NCBI GenBank assembly: GCA_965112155.1
Contig: OZ218102.1
DNA length: 64,000 nt
Direction: 5' to 3' (one strand)
Source of the DNA: Podarcis liolepis
Taxonomy: Eukaryota
Position numbers and translations under genes: made by a program. The notes under the pieces were generated by a model. That model searched no databases. It saw nothing but the letters and a program-made list of their open reading frames with translations, and had not been told where the DNA came from. Below, piece by piece: positions 37,534-50,691 of the stretch (positions within the stretch are counted from its first letter, which is position 1; each line of letters starts with the position of its first letter).

Positions 37534-37989
37534 TTCCCAACACTACACAATACCCTTTTTTCAAGGTGAGAGGACCAGAAACGAAGCTGCAGTTTTGCTC
37601 CCTGTTTTTTGTATTTTGTAGGCTACCAAGCCTTTGTTTAAAGAAGCCAGAGAAGTGGTTTTTAGAACACACGGTGGATGACAGTACTGGAAGGGCCTTT
37701 TTAATCTACGCACACCTCTGCACAAAGGCTTTCTCAGCTACCTAGCAAGTGTTAGAGGAGGAGCACATCTAGTGGAAGAAGGCAGTACTACTATCCTTTA
37801 ACCAAGGCATCAGTTTGTGGCAGCCATAATATTGGGCCCAGCCAGATACAGATGCACCTCAGACATGACCGCCTCCAGCACTTCTCTGGTGAAAATAGAG
37901 GTGTCCTTTCCTTAATAATAATTATTATAATAATATCCCACCCATCTGACTGGGTTGCCCCAGCCACTCCGGGAGGCTTCCGACATATA

Positions 37990-38231
37990 CAGTGGTACCT
38001 CGGGTTAAGAACTTAATTCGTTCTGGAGGTCCGTTCTTAACCTGAAACTGTTCTTAAACTGAGGTACCATATTAGCTAATGGGGCCTCCTGCCACCGCCG
38101 TGCCACCGCCTTGCAATTTCTGTTCTCAGCCTGAAGCAAAGTTCTTAATCCAAAGTACTATTTCTGGGTTAGCGGAGTCTGTAACCTGAAGCGAATGTAA
38201 CCTGAAGTGTCTGTAACCCGAGGTACCACTG
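37990..38231. mobile_element. Tc1/mariner MITE inserted in an L2 3' tail
   Basis: CAGTGGTACCTCGGGTT TIRs and TA TSD; same family as 54818-55042. Confidence 0.92.
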
Positions 38232-38548
38232 TATAACATATATAAAAACATAACAAAGCATTAAACATTAAAATGCTTCCCTATACAGGACTACCTTCAG
38301 ATGACTTCTAAGGGTTGTATAGTTACTTATCTCCTTGGCTCAGGGGGTCACACACCCTCCAACATTTCTCCGATGAAAATAGGGACATCCTAAGGAAAAA
38401 AAGGGGCATTCTGGTATCAAATCAGAAATTGGAATGGCTTCTGTAAATACGGAACTGTCCCTGGAAAAAAGGGACACTTGGAGGGTCTGCCATCTGGGTG
38501 AGCTCCTGCTTGGTCTACGCTCTGGGCTATGGTTGTGTGAGGCTGCTT

Positions 38549-38836
38549 AAAAAGGTAAAGGGACCCCTGACAGTTAAGTCCAGTTGCAGACGACTCTGGG
38601 GTTGCGGCGCTCATCTCGCTTTACAGGCCGAGGGAGCCGGCGTTTGTCCGCAGACAGTTTTTCTGGGTCAAGTGGCCAGCATGACTAAGCAGCTTCTGGC
38701 GAAACCAGAGCAGCGCACGGAAACACCATTTACCTTCCCGCTGGAGCGGTACCTATTTATCTACTTGCCTTTTTGGTGTGCTTTCGAACTGCTGGGTTGG
38801 CAGGAGCTGGGACCAAGCAACGGGAGCTCACCCCAT
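38549..38836 (-). mobile_element. Sauria SINE, 5'-truncated
   Basis: Reverse complement of the 42150 copy. Confidence 0.92.
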
Positions 38837-39168
38837 CTCATAAAAGTATTTCTTCGCACAGTGTGTAGTTAAAATATGGGTCACCTTCCTATTTTCTTCT
38901 GGCATTGGCAAGCGGCATCACCTTTTGGTTGATTAGCACATCACCTACCAAGGGCCACAGCTCAGTGGAAGAGTGCCTGCTTTGAATGCAGAAGGTCTGG
39001 CATCTCCAGGTAGGGCTTGGACAGACTCCAGTCTGAAACCCTGGAGAGTCTGCTGCCATTCAATGTGGACATTACTGAGCTAGAGAGACCCATGCTCTGG
39101 TTCAGTATCTAAGGTACCTTTTTATGCACCATGCCATGTCAAAACATAGAAAGATAGGAAGCTGTCTT

Positions 39169-39301
39169 AGAATCACAGAACTGAAGAGTTGGAAGGGGCC
39201 ACAAGGATCATCTAGTCCAACCCCTGCAAATGCAGGCATCAACATGGACTCGAACCCACGGCCCTGAAATTAAGGGGCCATGCTCTACCAACTGAGCTAC
39301 C
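39169..39301 (-). mobile_element. tRNA-head SINE with a CR1-derived tail; a similar architecture at about 61217-61368 (+)
   Basis: tRNA-like A/B boxes followed by the CR1 3' end ggactagatg...cccttccaac...tgattcta. Confidence 0.7.
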
Positions 39302-40311
39302 TGAAGCAGGCCATTAGTCCATCCAGCTGTGCTTTGTCTACACTGGCAAGTGCTCTTCGGGATTTCAGACTGGGATCTCTCCCAGGAATTGACAGGGATT
39401 GTGCCTGGGCTGACCACATGCAAAGGTGATGTGCTACCACTGAGCTGTGGTTCTTCTCCCACTACCTTCCTCCCATGGAAACCATCCTTCTCATCCCACC
39501 ATAAACACTCTCTTCCTGTCCTACCCCTTCTGTACTTTCCAGAGCACACCTGCTCTATGTTTACTCAGAAGAAAACCCCCATCGTGCTCACTGGATCTCT
39601 CTCTCAGGAAAGTATATAAAGGACTGCCGCCCCACTGGCCTCGTGCCAAGACCATTTTAGCTTCCCGGTCGACTCATAAATAGAACTGCTGTTTAATTAC
39701 AAAGATAAATATAAAACTATTCCCAAATCTGTCTTAGGCACAAAGTGTTTATGTTCATAGTTTAATATTTCAATTGCCCCAGAGTCATTGCTCCTGATTA
39801 TAAAGGGATCCAAGGCTGCATTTGCAATAACATTTTGCTGTCAGTTTAAACATGCTATTTACAGTGAAAATTGCCTCTCCCCGTGCAACAGCAGCAGTTC
39901 ACACTTCTTAATGGAAAATGCTATGAGGAAAAACTAGCTCTGGCCTTGCAAACATGAACTCATGGCAGTTTTGGGGCTCCCAAAGGACCATGCCACTCCT
40001 GGCCTGCAAAGTATTCATGACCGAAACCACATGGGGACTTTCAGTCCCAGTCCTCTTTACCATTCTGCAATGAGGTATGGTTTGACACCAGCAAACCACC
40101 GGGCTCTGCAGCATGCCACATCCTCAGGGGGAAGGCACCAATCATTGCTTAAATCCTGGGGGTGGGGAATCAGATAAGTCAATCAGTTGGATTTCAAGTT
40201 TTATAATCCAGCTTTGAAATTGCCATGGAAGAATGAACTTTGGCAAGAACCTAGCAGCACCCAAGGCCTTTTCTTATCTTTTTAAAGTGACGTTAAGTGA
40301 AAGGCCCTGAA

Positions 40312-41022
40312 TAAACGTAAGGTTCTGCACTTAGGCAGGAAGAACCAGATGCACAAATATAGGATGGGAGACACCTGGCTTACTAGCAGTACATGTGAAT
40401 AGGATTTAGGGGTCTTGGTGGACCACAAGCTTAACATGAGTCAACCGTGTGATGCAGCAGCAAAAAATCTAACGCTATTCTAGGTTAAATATAGTGTCCA
40501 GATCAAGGGAAAATAATAGTACCACTCTGTTCTGCCTTAGTGAGACCACACTTGGAATGCTGTGTCCAAGTCTGGGCAGCACAATTTAAGAAAGATGTTG
40601 ACAAGCTGTGCAGAGTAGGACAACCCTGATGATCAAGGGTCTGGAAAATAAGCCTTATGAGGAACACTTGAAGGAGCTGGGTGTGTTTAGCCTGGAAAAG
40701 AGGAGTCTGAGAGGAGATAGGATAGCAATCTTCAAATATCTTAAGGATATATGGAGGAGGGAGCATGCTTGTTTTCTCCTGCTCTGGAGGGTAGGACTCT
40801 AACCAGTGGGCTTCAAGTTGCAAGAGGGGGAAACTTTCTGACAGTAAGAGTTGTTCAGCAGTGGAACAGTCTCCCTCAGGAGGTTGTGGACTCTCCTTCC
40901 TTGGAGGTTTTTGAACAGAGGTTGGGTGGCCATCTGTCATGGGTGCTTCAGAGGAGATTCCTGCCTTGCAGGGGGTTGGACTAGATGGCCCTTAGGATCC
41001 CTCCCAACTCTTCCATGATTCT
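40312..41022 (+). mobile_element. CR1 LINE 3' fragment
   Basis: Translates to the CR1 ORF2 C-terminus ([39 protein letters not shown]; WNSLPQEVVDSPSLEVF) with a typical 3' tail. Confidence 0.92.
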
Positions 41023-41882
41023 ACAAAATACTCCCATAGGGGCACCAGGATCTAAGAAACGAAGGAAGCAGGATGACAAAAGCACACAAAAAGTGATAGA
41101 GGCCCTGGAGAGTAATAACAACAACAACAGGCAGGATTTCTGTAGTGCTTTCAAGTGTTCAAAGCACTTCACATGCATTATTTTGCCGCAGTTGTAACAA
41201 CAACCCTGCAAAGTGAGCCATGCTGCAGGTGGGTTCAGGAGGAGCACTGAAGCTGGCAAAACAGTGGCTTGCCTAAAGCTATCTACGAATTAATGGCCAG
41301 AGGTGAGATTTGAACCAGGAACTTCACCTGGGGCTGATGAGAGTTGCAGGCCAAACCAGCGGGAGGCAGACGGAAGCACACAGATATAGACATAAACTTA
41401 TATCCTGGCCTGCAATGAGTTTTCCTTGAGGGTCACTTTGAGAAACATTGGAGGGGATAATGGATGAATGCAAAGTCCCCAGACTAGTCTACCACCACCA
41501 GTCTCCCCCTCTGTCTCTGGGGTGACAGCTGTCCTTAATGGCCTGTTTGGGCTCAGGAGCTTCCAGTTGCTGACCCCTGTCCACATAGGAAAAAGCCAAA
41601 GTTGCTCTGTTCCCATGGTGTTGTACTGGGATTTATCAGTTTGCTTTCAAGGGCCATTAAACAGTTTCTGGCTCAAATGCCAGCCGGGAGGAACAGCTTC
41701 CCCTTCCCCAGAGGCTAATTACTTGCAGCACCAACTTGGGAAGATCCTGATAAGCCTTGGTTAAAACCCACCTTCCACTCTTTTTTTCAAGTTGGTTTCT
41801 GAGCAATGCCAATATAGTCTCCAAACAGCATTCTCATCTGCAATCCGTAATACAGCATTTTATACAAATGCACACATTATGC

Positions 41883-41889
41883 TATTATT

Positions 41890-41934
<45 letters not shown>

Positions 41935-42925
41935 ATTAAATTAAATTTATATACCACCATTCACCTGAAGATCACAGGGTGGTTCACAACATAAAAATAC
42001 AGCATGAAAATGCAAAAAAACAAACAAACCCCAAAACCAAAACAATACCCCCAACCCCAACAGACACATGTAAAAGGCCAAAGAATGTTAATCAGCCAAA
42101 TGCCTGGTTGAAGAGAATTGTTTTTTGCCAGACGCCTAAAGTTATTTAAGGGACGCGGGTGGCGCTGTGGGTTAAACCACAGAGCCTAGGACTTGCCGAT
42201 CAGAAGGTTGGCGGTTCGAATCCCCACGACGGGGTGAACTCCCGTTGCTCGGTCCCTGCTCCTGCCAACCTAGCAGTTCGAAAGCAAAGTGCAAGTAGAT
42301 AAATAGGTACCACTCTGGTGAGAAGGTAAACGGCGTTTCCGTGCACTGCTCTGGTTCGCCAGAAGTGGCTTAGTCATGCTGGCCACATGACCCGGAAGCT
42401 GTACGCCAGCTCCCTTGGCCAATAAAGCGAGATGAGCACCGCAACCCCAGAGTCGGTCACGACTGGACCTAATGGTCAGGGGTCCCTTTACCTTTACCTA
42501 AAGTTATGTAATGAAGGTGCCAGGCGAGCCTCTTTGGAGACAGCATTCCACAAATGGGGAGTCACTGCAAAAAAGCCTGGTCCCATGCTACCACCCTCTG
42601 GACCTCTCGTGGAGGAGGCACGTGAAGAAGGGCCTGAGATGATGATCACAGGGCCCGGTTCAGTTTAAATGGAGAGAGGCAGTCCATGAGTTATTGTGGT
42701 CCTGGGACATTTGAGACTTTATAGGTCAAAAGCAGCACTTTGAATCAGGCCTGGAATCTAAGTGGCAGCCAGTGGAGTCAGGCCAGGATCAGTGTACTAT
42801 GCTCAAACCGTCTTACCCAGTAAGCAACCTGACCACCAAATTCTGCACCACCTGGAGTTTCCAAAGCATTTTCAGCGGCAGCCCCACACATAACACATTG
42901 CAGTCATCTATCCTACAAGTTCTGA
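41883..42925 (-). mobile_element. L2-type LINE 3' fragment interrupted by a Sauria SINE
   Basis: Reverse strand reads as a degenerate L2 ORF2 end (LWNA-like motif) with an A-rich/(CAA)n tail. Confidence 0.65.
42150..42498 (+). mobile_element. Sauria SINE, full length
   Basis: gggacgcgggtggcgctgtgg head, (ACCTTT)n tail, TSD taaagttat(t/g)taa. Confidence 0.96.
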
Positions 42926-43320
42926 TGCCCTTCCCTGGCATGACAGCAGCTCCTCCAATCCCAGGCACATTTCTAAAGCTGCCTTTCCTTTACAAGGTGA
43001 AAAATGCATGTTTGCCAGCTGTTGCCTCTCCAGTCCATGTTCACCCCATCTGAAACTGGTTTTTTTGTTATTTAAAAGGGAGGCGGGGGCGCTGGAGCTT
43101 TAATGTACATTTTTGCAATTATAACCAATTATAACTGTATCTTCCTGGCTGGTAGAGCAATTGTGTTTTTAAATACATCTCAGATATACTACTGCAGAGA
43201 ACAATTACATTTGTGGAGAGGCCAAACTTTAGCGGTTGAACATGGACATTGCTTATTACTGGGCACAGCAGGCAGGAGAGCTGAGCAAAGTTAGGAGCTG
43301 AGTTCCAATTGCCCTGAGTA

Positions 43321-43673
43321 CAGTGGTGCCTCGCAAGACGAAAATAAGAAAATAATCCGTTCCGCGAGTATCTTCGTCTAGCGTTTTTTTCGTCTTGCGA
43401 AACAACCCTATTAGCGGCTTAGCGGCTTAGCGCTATTAGCGGTTTAGCGGCTATTAAAGGCTTAGCGGATTAGCGGCTAAAAGGCTATTAGCGGCTTAGC
43501 GGCTTAGAAAAAGGGGGGGGAGTGAAAAAAATCGCAAGACTCGCAAGACATTTTCGTCTTGCGAAGCAAGCCCATAGGGAAATTCGTCTTGCGAAGCGCA
43601 TCGAAAAACAGAAAACCCTTTCGTCTAGCGGGTTTTTCGTCTTGCGAGGCATTCGTCTTGCGGGGCACCACTG
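43321..43673. mobile_element. Tc1/mariner MITE with TTAGCGGC repeats
   Basis: TIRs and TA TSD. Confidence 0.92.
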
Positions 43674-44744
43674 TATAGCAAAAAAGATCAAGCACCACAG
43701 CCAGAGCTGTGTATCACACTTCCACAGGAGTTCATAAAAATATAAAGGATGCAATACTGGACAAAGAAGGAAACTTCCGGGGGGGGGGGAATCTCAGCTT
43801 TCATTACTAAAACATTTAAGTTTCTATCCCACATGGCTATGAAGACAGGCATGAAATATCGCCTGGAATTTAAAAGCAGGTTGGAAGCTGCAGCTGCAGT
43901 TGCCAGCCTCATAACTGGAACAGGCTACAGAAAGCACACAATTCTGAACTTGGCTTAAGACGGAATGGCTGCATATTTCAAAACTCAAATTGCGGCTGAA
44001 TTTCAGAATTCAAAGTGATATTTTTGATCATTAAAGCCTGAGATAGCCTGAACCCTTCGTACTTTGGGGGGTGGTTGTTCCCATTCTCTTGTTGATTAGC
44101 AGGAGGCAAGCAGCTCCACATCCCATCCTTTGTTCAAGTAAGGCCAGGGAGAAGGAAAGGTTGGACGTGATCAGGGAAGGTGGCATTCCCCTTTGCGGAG
44201 CATCCTTCCTTGGGAACTCCGCTCTGCTTCGCTGCTTACTGTTATTTCAGCAGCTGGTAAAACCTTTTGTCTTGAAAAGCCATTTCCCTCTGGGTGACTG
44301 TGCAGTGTGTGATGTTTTATATCATTGCTGCTTTGGCTTTTAGGTTTTTTTATTAATGTTCTACCATTTTTTAACTCATGCTGTTTCATGCTGTTCTGAT
44401 GCCTTGCTGTACATTGCCTTTGAGTGCCATTCTCACAGAAAATGAGTCTTTAAAATGCCTGGGATGTGAATTTTTTTAAAATAAATAAATAAAGTGTGCA
44501 TCCAAAGCCTGCTAAACGCTCAGAAGTCTGAAAGGTGCCTGAATATGATTTCCAGTTGCTGAAGAGTGGCTACCCTACCCAGTACCTGTTAGAAGCATTA
44601 TGCCTCCGAATACCAGTTGCTAGAAATCACATAGGTGGGCAGAGTTACTGGCGAGTCTCCACTTGCTAAGGGGAGAAATAACTTTTAGTCCTGAATTGCT
44701 GCAGAACAGATAGTTGTCACTAGGTGGCACTGCAAACCTATCAA

Positions 44745-45263
44745 TGGCATTTGGGTTCAAGAAACAAGTACTGTACTGACAACAGAACCGTACAGAACAA
44801 CCTTGCATTTACAGAACAAAATATCCTTTTGAATTATATGCCCAAAAGGACAATATGAGTGGACTCTCTGTGCCCTTACCACAGCAAAGCGACTGATACT
44901 GATGAACTGGAAAAATAAAAATGCAGTTCCCTTCTTTGATTGGATTGAAGATATATACAAACTCGCAACATATGACAACTTGCATATAACAACAACAACA
45001 ACTTGTATATAAATGCAGACTTGCCATGGACGAATTCAGTGATATTTGGAATCCATTCTTACAAATACTGTAATAGGTTAAGATCTGGTGAAGTACAACA
45101 ACAACTTTGTAAAGTATACAAAGTTTGGGGGTTTTCCCCTCCTCCTTTTACCGGTACTTTCCCTTCTATACGGGTGCTGTTTTTCTTTTTCTCTCTTTTA
45201 TGTATGTCTCACCATGTTTTGAGCACATATAATTATGTAGTTTTAAACTTTCAGTAAAGTATA
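44745..45263 (+). mobile_element. L1/Tx1-type LINE 3' end
   Basis: Reads ALTTAKRLILMNWKNKNAVPFFDWIEDIYKLATYD...EFSDIWNPFLQIL*, resembling non-mammalian L1 ORF2 C-termini, followed by a T-rich 3' UTR. Confidence 0.75.
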
Positions 45264-46739
45264 AGGGGGGCGGAGAAACAGTTACGGATAAATAGATCAT
45301 CCATTTGCTGGTTGTTCTTCCCATCCGCCCGTAAACTAAGCCCCACTGACATCAGAAACAAATTCCCCCCCAAAACTTTGCAGTTCTAAAAGGGTGGGAG
45401 GCAGAGAGAGGTGCAACCCCCTCAACTTTGACTCTGGAAGAACAGAGGTGAAGTCTCACGGCAGCAATTATGGAAAGAGAGAGAATGATGTCTAAATACA
45501 TCCATTTCAGATCAGAAAGGAAGAGAAATGCATTTAAACAGCAAAGGTAATCTGATGCAGTTGCTGACGCAATATTGGGAATATGGAACATTATTCTGAA
45601 AGGGGTGGCTCCCCCCCCCCCAATTGAAATGTTCTGAAGCTTTTATCTAAATGGCCATAATGAGATGAGACTGATTATTTTCAGTCATTTTCCAGGTCAT
45701 GGTGAACTGCAATTTTCCAGATGGGGGCATCTATCTCACTACATAGGAGGATGGTCAGAAGAAAAGTATCAGTATACAAAATGTAAAAATGAGGCGGGGA
45801 AGAGACATAATCTCTTTGTGGTTTTATCACATCATAAATGAAAGTAGGAATCAGTTCTCTGTAGGTCCACATGCTAAGATTGTAACACACATTTCTCCCA
45901 GTATAAAAAACATCTATATGCTGTTTGTTTCTAATATACACACAATTATGCAAACAAATTCCTGAAAAAAAATAATGCATTTTAATGTTAATTTCAGTAA
46001 AATATGCATTTTTGTGCACACTCTTCCCTAATTCAGACTTTAGGGGCAGAAAATTGCGTTGCAAAAATCAGAACAGTGAGAATTTCAAAGGCTAGCCATG
46101 CTTCAGTTTGCATATTGGTTCAAGGAGTGCAAATGCAAGCTTAACAAATTTCCCTCTGCTCCTTTCTCCTAAGTAAGAGAATTGCAGCACCAGGCTTCAA
46201 GCGAGATGTGTTCACAGTACTGTTCTAATGACAAGAGTTTGCTCTCAACGATACAACCCCTGAGGCTCTTTTCCTAAGATTTGGCAATGTCTGTGCAACC
46301 CGGAGGGGCAAGGACTTGGCAAAGAAACCGTCTTCCTAATACAGCACCATCTGGGCTGCTACACAAAAAGCGCATCCCAACAAGCCAACATCAGGGAATG
46401 CAAAGTTTTTATTTGCAGTGAAATATTTATTAGAACAGCTGGAGAGCTAAGAAGAAACAAAGGTGGAGGAAAGGTGGGGCTAGTTGAGATTTATTTGGTA
46501 CTTGAGAAACATGACCGGGCCATCATTGTCCTGAAGACCAAATCTATGAACCAGATATGTGAAAAGAAGCAGTCTTACCTCCACAAATGCGCACGTGGAT
46601 ATTGGGTCCTGATCTGATGGGTCGTTTCATCAAACATGACAGGACTTTGAAGAGCTAATGTGCCACCTCGCCCCTACGCAATGCGCTGTGCGCACATGTC
46701 ATGAGACATGCTGACGTCAGTCACACACGTCGCTAGAGA

Positions 46740-46821
46740 AGGTGCTTTATCTGCACATGCACTTTTATGTACACAGGGTATATCCTGTGCACATAAATGT
46801 GCACGTGCAGATAAAGCACCT
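46740..46821 (-). repeat. 82-nt near-perfect inverted repeat (hairpin)
   Basis: 38-nt arms aggtgctttatctgcac...acacagg / cctgtg...gtgcagataaagcacct with 3 mismatches. Confidence 0.9.
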
Positions 46822-48987
46822 CTACAACTTTTGGTGTAGTCCTCTAAACTCACAGCTGATGATAAAATTGATAAAAGTGCCACTTGTCCAACTGTTCCCC
46901 CAGAGCTCTATCAACACCAGTACTGCCCATGACTAGGTAGGCTGCCTGGTGTGACTGCAGGACAAAGGAGGAACTGTGTATGGAGGCAGCCCTTGGATTC
47001 TGGGCCTCTCTTCCAGGAAAGGGAACCTCAGCAGGAGTCAGCATCTTTTCTCAGCCAAGGCAAGGCCATGGTGATGACATTGCCTCCCACCTTCTCTAGG
47101 AGCGGCAGTCTGAGAAGCATCACTTAAATAAAGGCAGTGTGAAGCCCAGGAAATAAAGAGGGCAGATAACGAGGTTATTTGCATAGCTATTAGCCTCCAG
47201 GATTCGCAATCATTTTGACATGGGACGTGCTGTCATTATATGTCATGTCATCACAGTGCCGGAATTTAAGAGCTGAGAACTAATCATGGCTTCCCTCCTC
47301 CCTGCCCTCCTGGAGAAGCAGCAAACATTCCCTCCCAAATGATGGTCTTCCACACATAATTAAGCCCCTTGTGTTGCAAGATCGCAGCCTTGCTGCGCAC
47401 TCCCCTCCTGCCAGTCAGAGAATACTGCCACTTGTCTGTTTCTTGCTGGGACCTGATGGATCTTGCAGCAAGTTCCAGCTGCGCCAAGCAGAACCAAGAA
47501 ACCCCAGCTGCCAGATTCTCTCTTGATCTAACTGAGTAGATTCAGAGCGAGATCTCTATATAAGTACTGCATCTAGTATCATTATGATCTTACGAAGTCT
47601 AGGACAGCACTCTGAAAGGGGCAGCAAGGGGATGGATGTTTGTTCCAGTTCAGCAGTAAGCAGCGGGTTTTCCGGCAGAAAGCAGGGAAAAAGAAAAACC
47701 GATGCCTAGAAAACATGGGGGGAACGGAAGGAGGGATGAGCCCATCATGAACCTGGAGGGTGGATTCAGATGGCCCAATGTGTTTCTCACATTCAAATCC
47801 AGGGAAGACAGAATAAGCTAGCTGAGGTTTCCTACTAGTGCTTGATTCAGGTGACATGCCACCACTCATTTGTAGCCAAACAGGCAGGGACGCATGCTTA
47901 ACACTCAAGCAAAAGGGGGCTTGGGAGTGCCATGAAGTTCTGTGCACTGTGCATTTCAAAACACAGGAAAACTTTCTAACCTACTCAAGAATATTGTATG
48001 TCCCACTAACATAGTACTAAACCAGATGAGACCCATCAGCAAGTGAAAGCTTTTCAACAGCCCCAGGCAAAATAGCTGTTCTCAAACAATGAACAGTTTA
48101 TTTACTGAAAATAGTGCATAAAACCAGGCACACAAGTAAACAAAACCTGGAAGCAGCTTGCTAAACTTAGTTAAAATTCTGACAGGTGGAGGCAGAACAT
48201 GCTGTGCATGTGGCTTCAGACATCTGAAAAGCAGGAAAATGGGAAGAACAACTGGGATCACAGCACCCGTTTTTGTAAATCTGTGTAATATCCAGATAAG
48301 TAGCTCATGCTTATCCCCCAGGGCAGGGATAATCTTGTCCTTCTCTATGGACTTCCTGAAGAGATGATTTAAGTAGCAATATGATAGCCATCTCCAAATA
48401 TCCAAAGGCCTGTCTCATATAGATGATGGAGCAAAGTTTTTTCCTATTGCTCAAGAGCAGGACTCACCAAATGTATACAGGCATATTTTGAAGTTTGGAG
48501 GGAGGACCCTAAAAAAAACCCAAACCTACCCAAACAGCATTTCCACCCACCCTTTTGAAAAACAAAAACAAATACTGAAGTACACAGGCAACATCACCAC
48601 CACTACAAGCAAACTCTTTACAAACAAGCCTGGGCAGCACAGCACAGCTGCCCTCCAAAGAAACCACAAAATCACACACTCAAGAAATTAAGAGAGGCAA
48701 CACTCCCCAACACTTCTCACTCTCCAGCCCCTCAGACGCTCACCTCAACCACCAGACATTTACCAGGAAGAGAAGGGTCATAGCTCAACATTGCATACAA
48801 AAGATCCCAGGTTCAAGATCCGGCATCTCTTAAGATTAGGAGAGACCTTTTCTGAAATCCTGGAGAGCCACTGCCAGTTGGTGCAGGCAACACTAAGCTA
48901 GACATCCCAATGGTCTGACTCAGTGTAAGACAGCTTCCTATGTTCCCATCCAGTCCCTTTTCACCTCCTCCTGTTGCTTACAAAAAT

Positions 48988-49044
<57 letters not shown>

Positions 49045-49047
<3 letters not shown>

Positions 49048-49231
49048 CTTTTCGAGGCTATACACCACACCTCCTCAACAGTATTTATAGGAACTCAAAC
49101 ACTGAGATCCTGCTCTGTTCCAGTAACAAGAAGCCGAAAGCACCAGCCTGAAGATGACGAGTGAGACCTCGTCGAAACGTCGCCTAGACACCCCAACTCT
49201 TACACGGGAAGACACCCGAAGACACCAAAAC

Positions 49232-49234
<3 letters not shown>
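49045..49234 (+). mobile_element. Penelope-like element terminal fragment flanked by (TA)n at 48990-49044 and 49235-49291
   Basis: Contains cctgaagatgacgag...ctcgtcgaaacgtcg, a hammerhead motif of the kind found in Penelope pseudo-LTRs. Confidence 0.75.
49143..49187 (+). ncRNA. Minimal hammerhead ribozyme motif
   Basis: CUGAAGA (49148-49154), stem II GACGAG/CTCGTC, GAAA (49174-49177), then CGUC. Stem I is weak. Confidence 0.6.
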
Positions 49235-49295
<61 letters not shown>

Positions 49296-49627
49296 AAAAC
49301 TGGGCATACTGGAATGCAAAGAACCAGCTTCCTCTGCCTCGCCCTCTCTCACCCAAGGGGGACCCAGAGGTATCCTGGGAAGAAGCCATCCCTGGGTACC
49401 GTTCTGCAGAGGGTAGAGCCCAGAGCAAAGCATTCAGATTATAATGAAGGGAATTGATGACTAAACATTAATAAGAACTTCCTGACACGACGAGCTGTTC
49501 TGCAGTGGAGCAGACTTCACTGGAAAGTAGTGGAATCCCTTTTAATAATAATAATAATTTATTATTTGTACCCCACCCATCTGGCTGGGTTTCCCCACCC
49601 ACTCTGAGCGGCTTCCAACAAAAATTA

Positions 49628-49987
49628 GTAAAGGTACCCCTGCCCATACGGGCCAGTCGTGTCCGACTCTAGGGTTGCGCGCTCATCTCGCTCAAGAGGC
49701 CAGGAGCCGGCGCCGTCCGAAGACACTTCTGGGTCATGTGGCCAGCGTGACGAAGCTGCAACTGGCGAGCCAGCACCAGCGCAGCACACAGAAACGCCGT
49801 TTACCTTCCCGCTATCAAGCGGTACCTATTTATCTACTTGCACTTAGGGGTGCTTTCGAACTGCTAGGTGGGCAGGAGCTGGGACCGAACGACAGGAGCT
49901 CACCCCGCCGCAGGGATTCGAACTGCCGACCTTACGATCAGCAAGTCCTAGGCACTGAGGTTTTACCCACAGCGCCACCCGCGTCCC
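49628..49987 (-). mobile_element. Sauria SINE, full length, inserted in an L2 tail
   Basis: TSD ttccaacaaa(a/g)atta. Confidence 0.95.
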
Positions 49988-50691
49988 ATTCCAACAAAGA
50001 TTAAAAATACATTAAAATGTCACACATTAAAAACTTCCCTGAACATTAGAAGTTTTCAAGCAGAGATGGGAAGCCTCTCCTATCTTGAGTGCTGTAGTTG
50101 GGTTCCCCCCAGCTCTGAGATACTAAGACTTTCTTAGCCTCTTGTCAGTCATACCAGTTCCCCAACATCGTAGTTCCCTCTGAGCCCTTGGATTCAGAGC
50201 AAGAGATGGAGGCGCCTGAGGATAGAGTCAGGGTCATGCTCCCACCGCGGTGGTGCCACAGGGCTAGTCTGGGTAAGCTAGCGAGCTCCACTCTGGAAGG
50301 ATCAAGTACTGGGTAAGCAGGGTGAGACAAGTTGCCTGCTCGAGCAGGCTTGCATTTTTCAGACAGTTCTGCTAAATATTTCAGGGCTGTACATGGGAAA
50401 GCTCTCCGTCCGTCAGCCTAGATCGGAGTCAGGCAAGGAAGGAAGGCTGCAGTGTATACCAGGGGAGGGATGAATAATGCAGGCCTCCTGTCTTGCTGGT
50501 GAAGGAGGAAAAGAGGGCTCCATGGCTGTATCTGGCACTGGGGATGGCTCAGAGATCAAGTGCGACACACACGCACAAGCACAACAGAGCTTGTGAGCTG
50601 AGGAGCGAACCTGGGTCTGGCACACTAGGCGAAGACGGGCAGAGGCATGCCTATAACATCACAAAACTGAAAGAGGCTACTATCTATCAAG

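Larger units (their letters stand above)
36612..37590 (-). mobile_element. Old CR1 3' fragment hosting nested insertions
   Basis: CR1 3' UTR/ORF2 end in reverse orientation, interrupted at 36726-36964 and 37358-37533. Confidence 0.8.

Noticed and set aside
43411-43508. TTAGCGGC tandem array, superficially telomere- or CRISPR-like
   Set aside because: Internal minisatellite of a mariner MITE, also present in the 26669 copy; no spacers.
50143-50662. Possible solo LTR (TGT...ACA)
   Set aside because: No target-site duplication and no second copy to support the boundaries.
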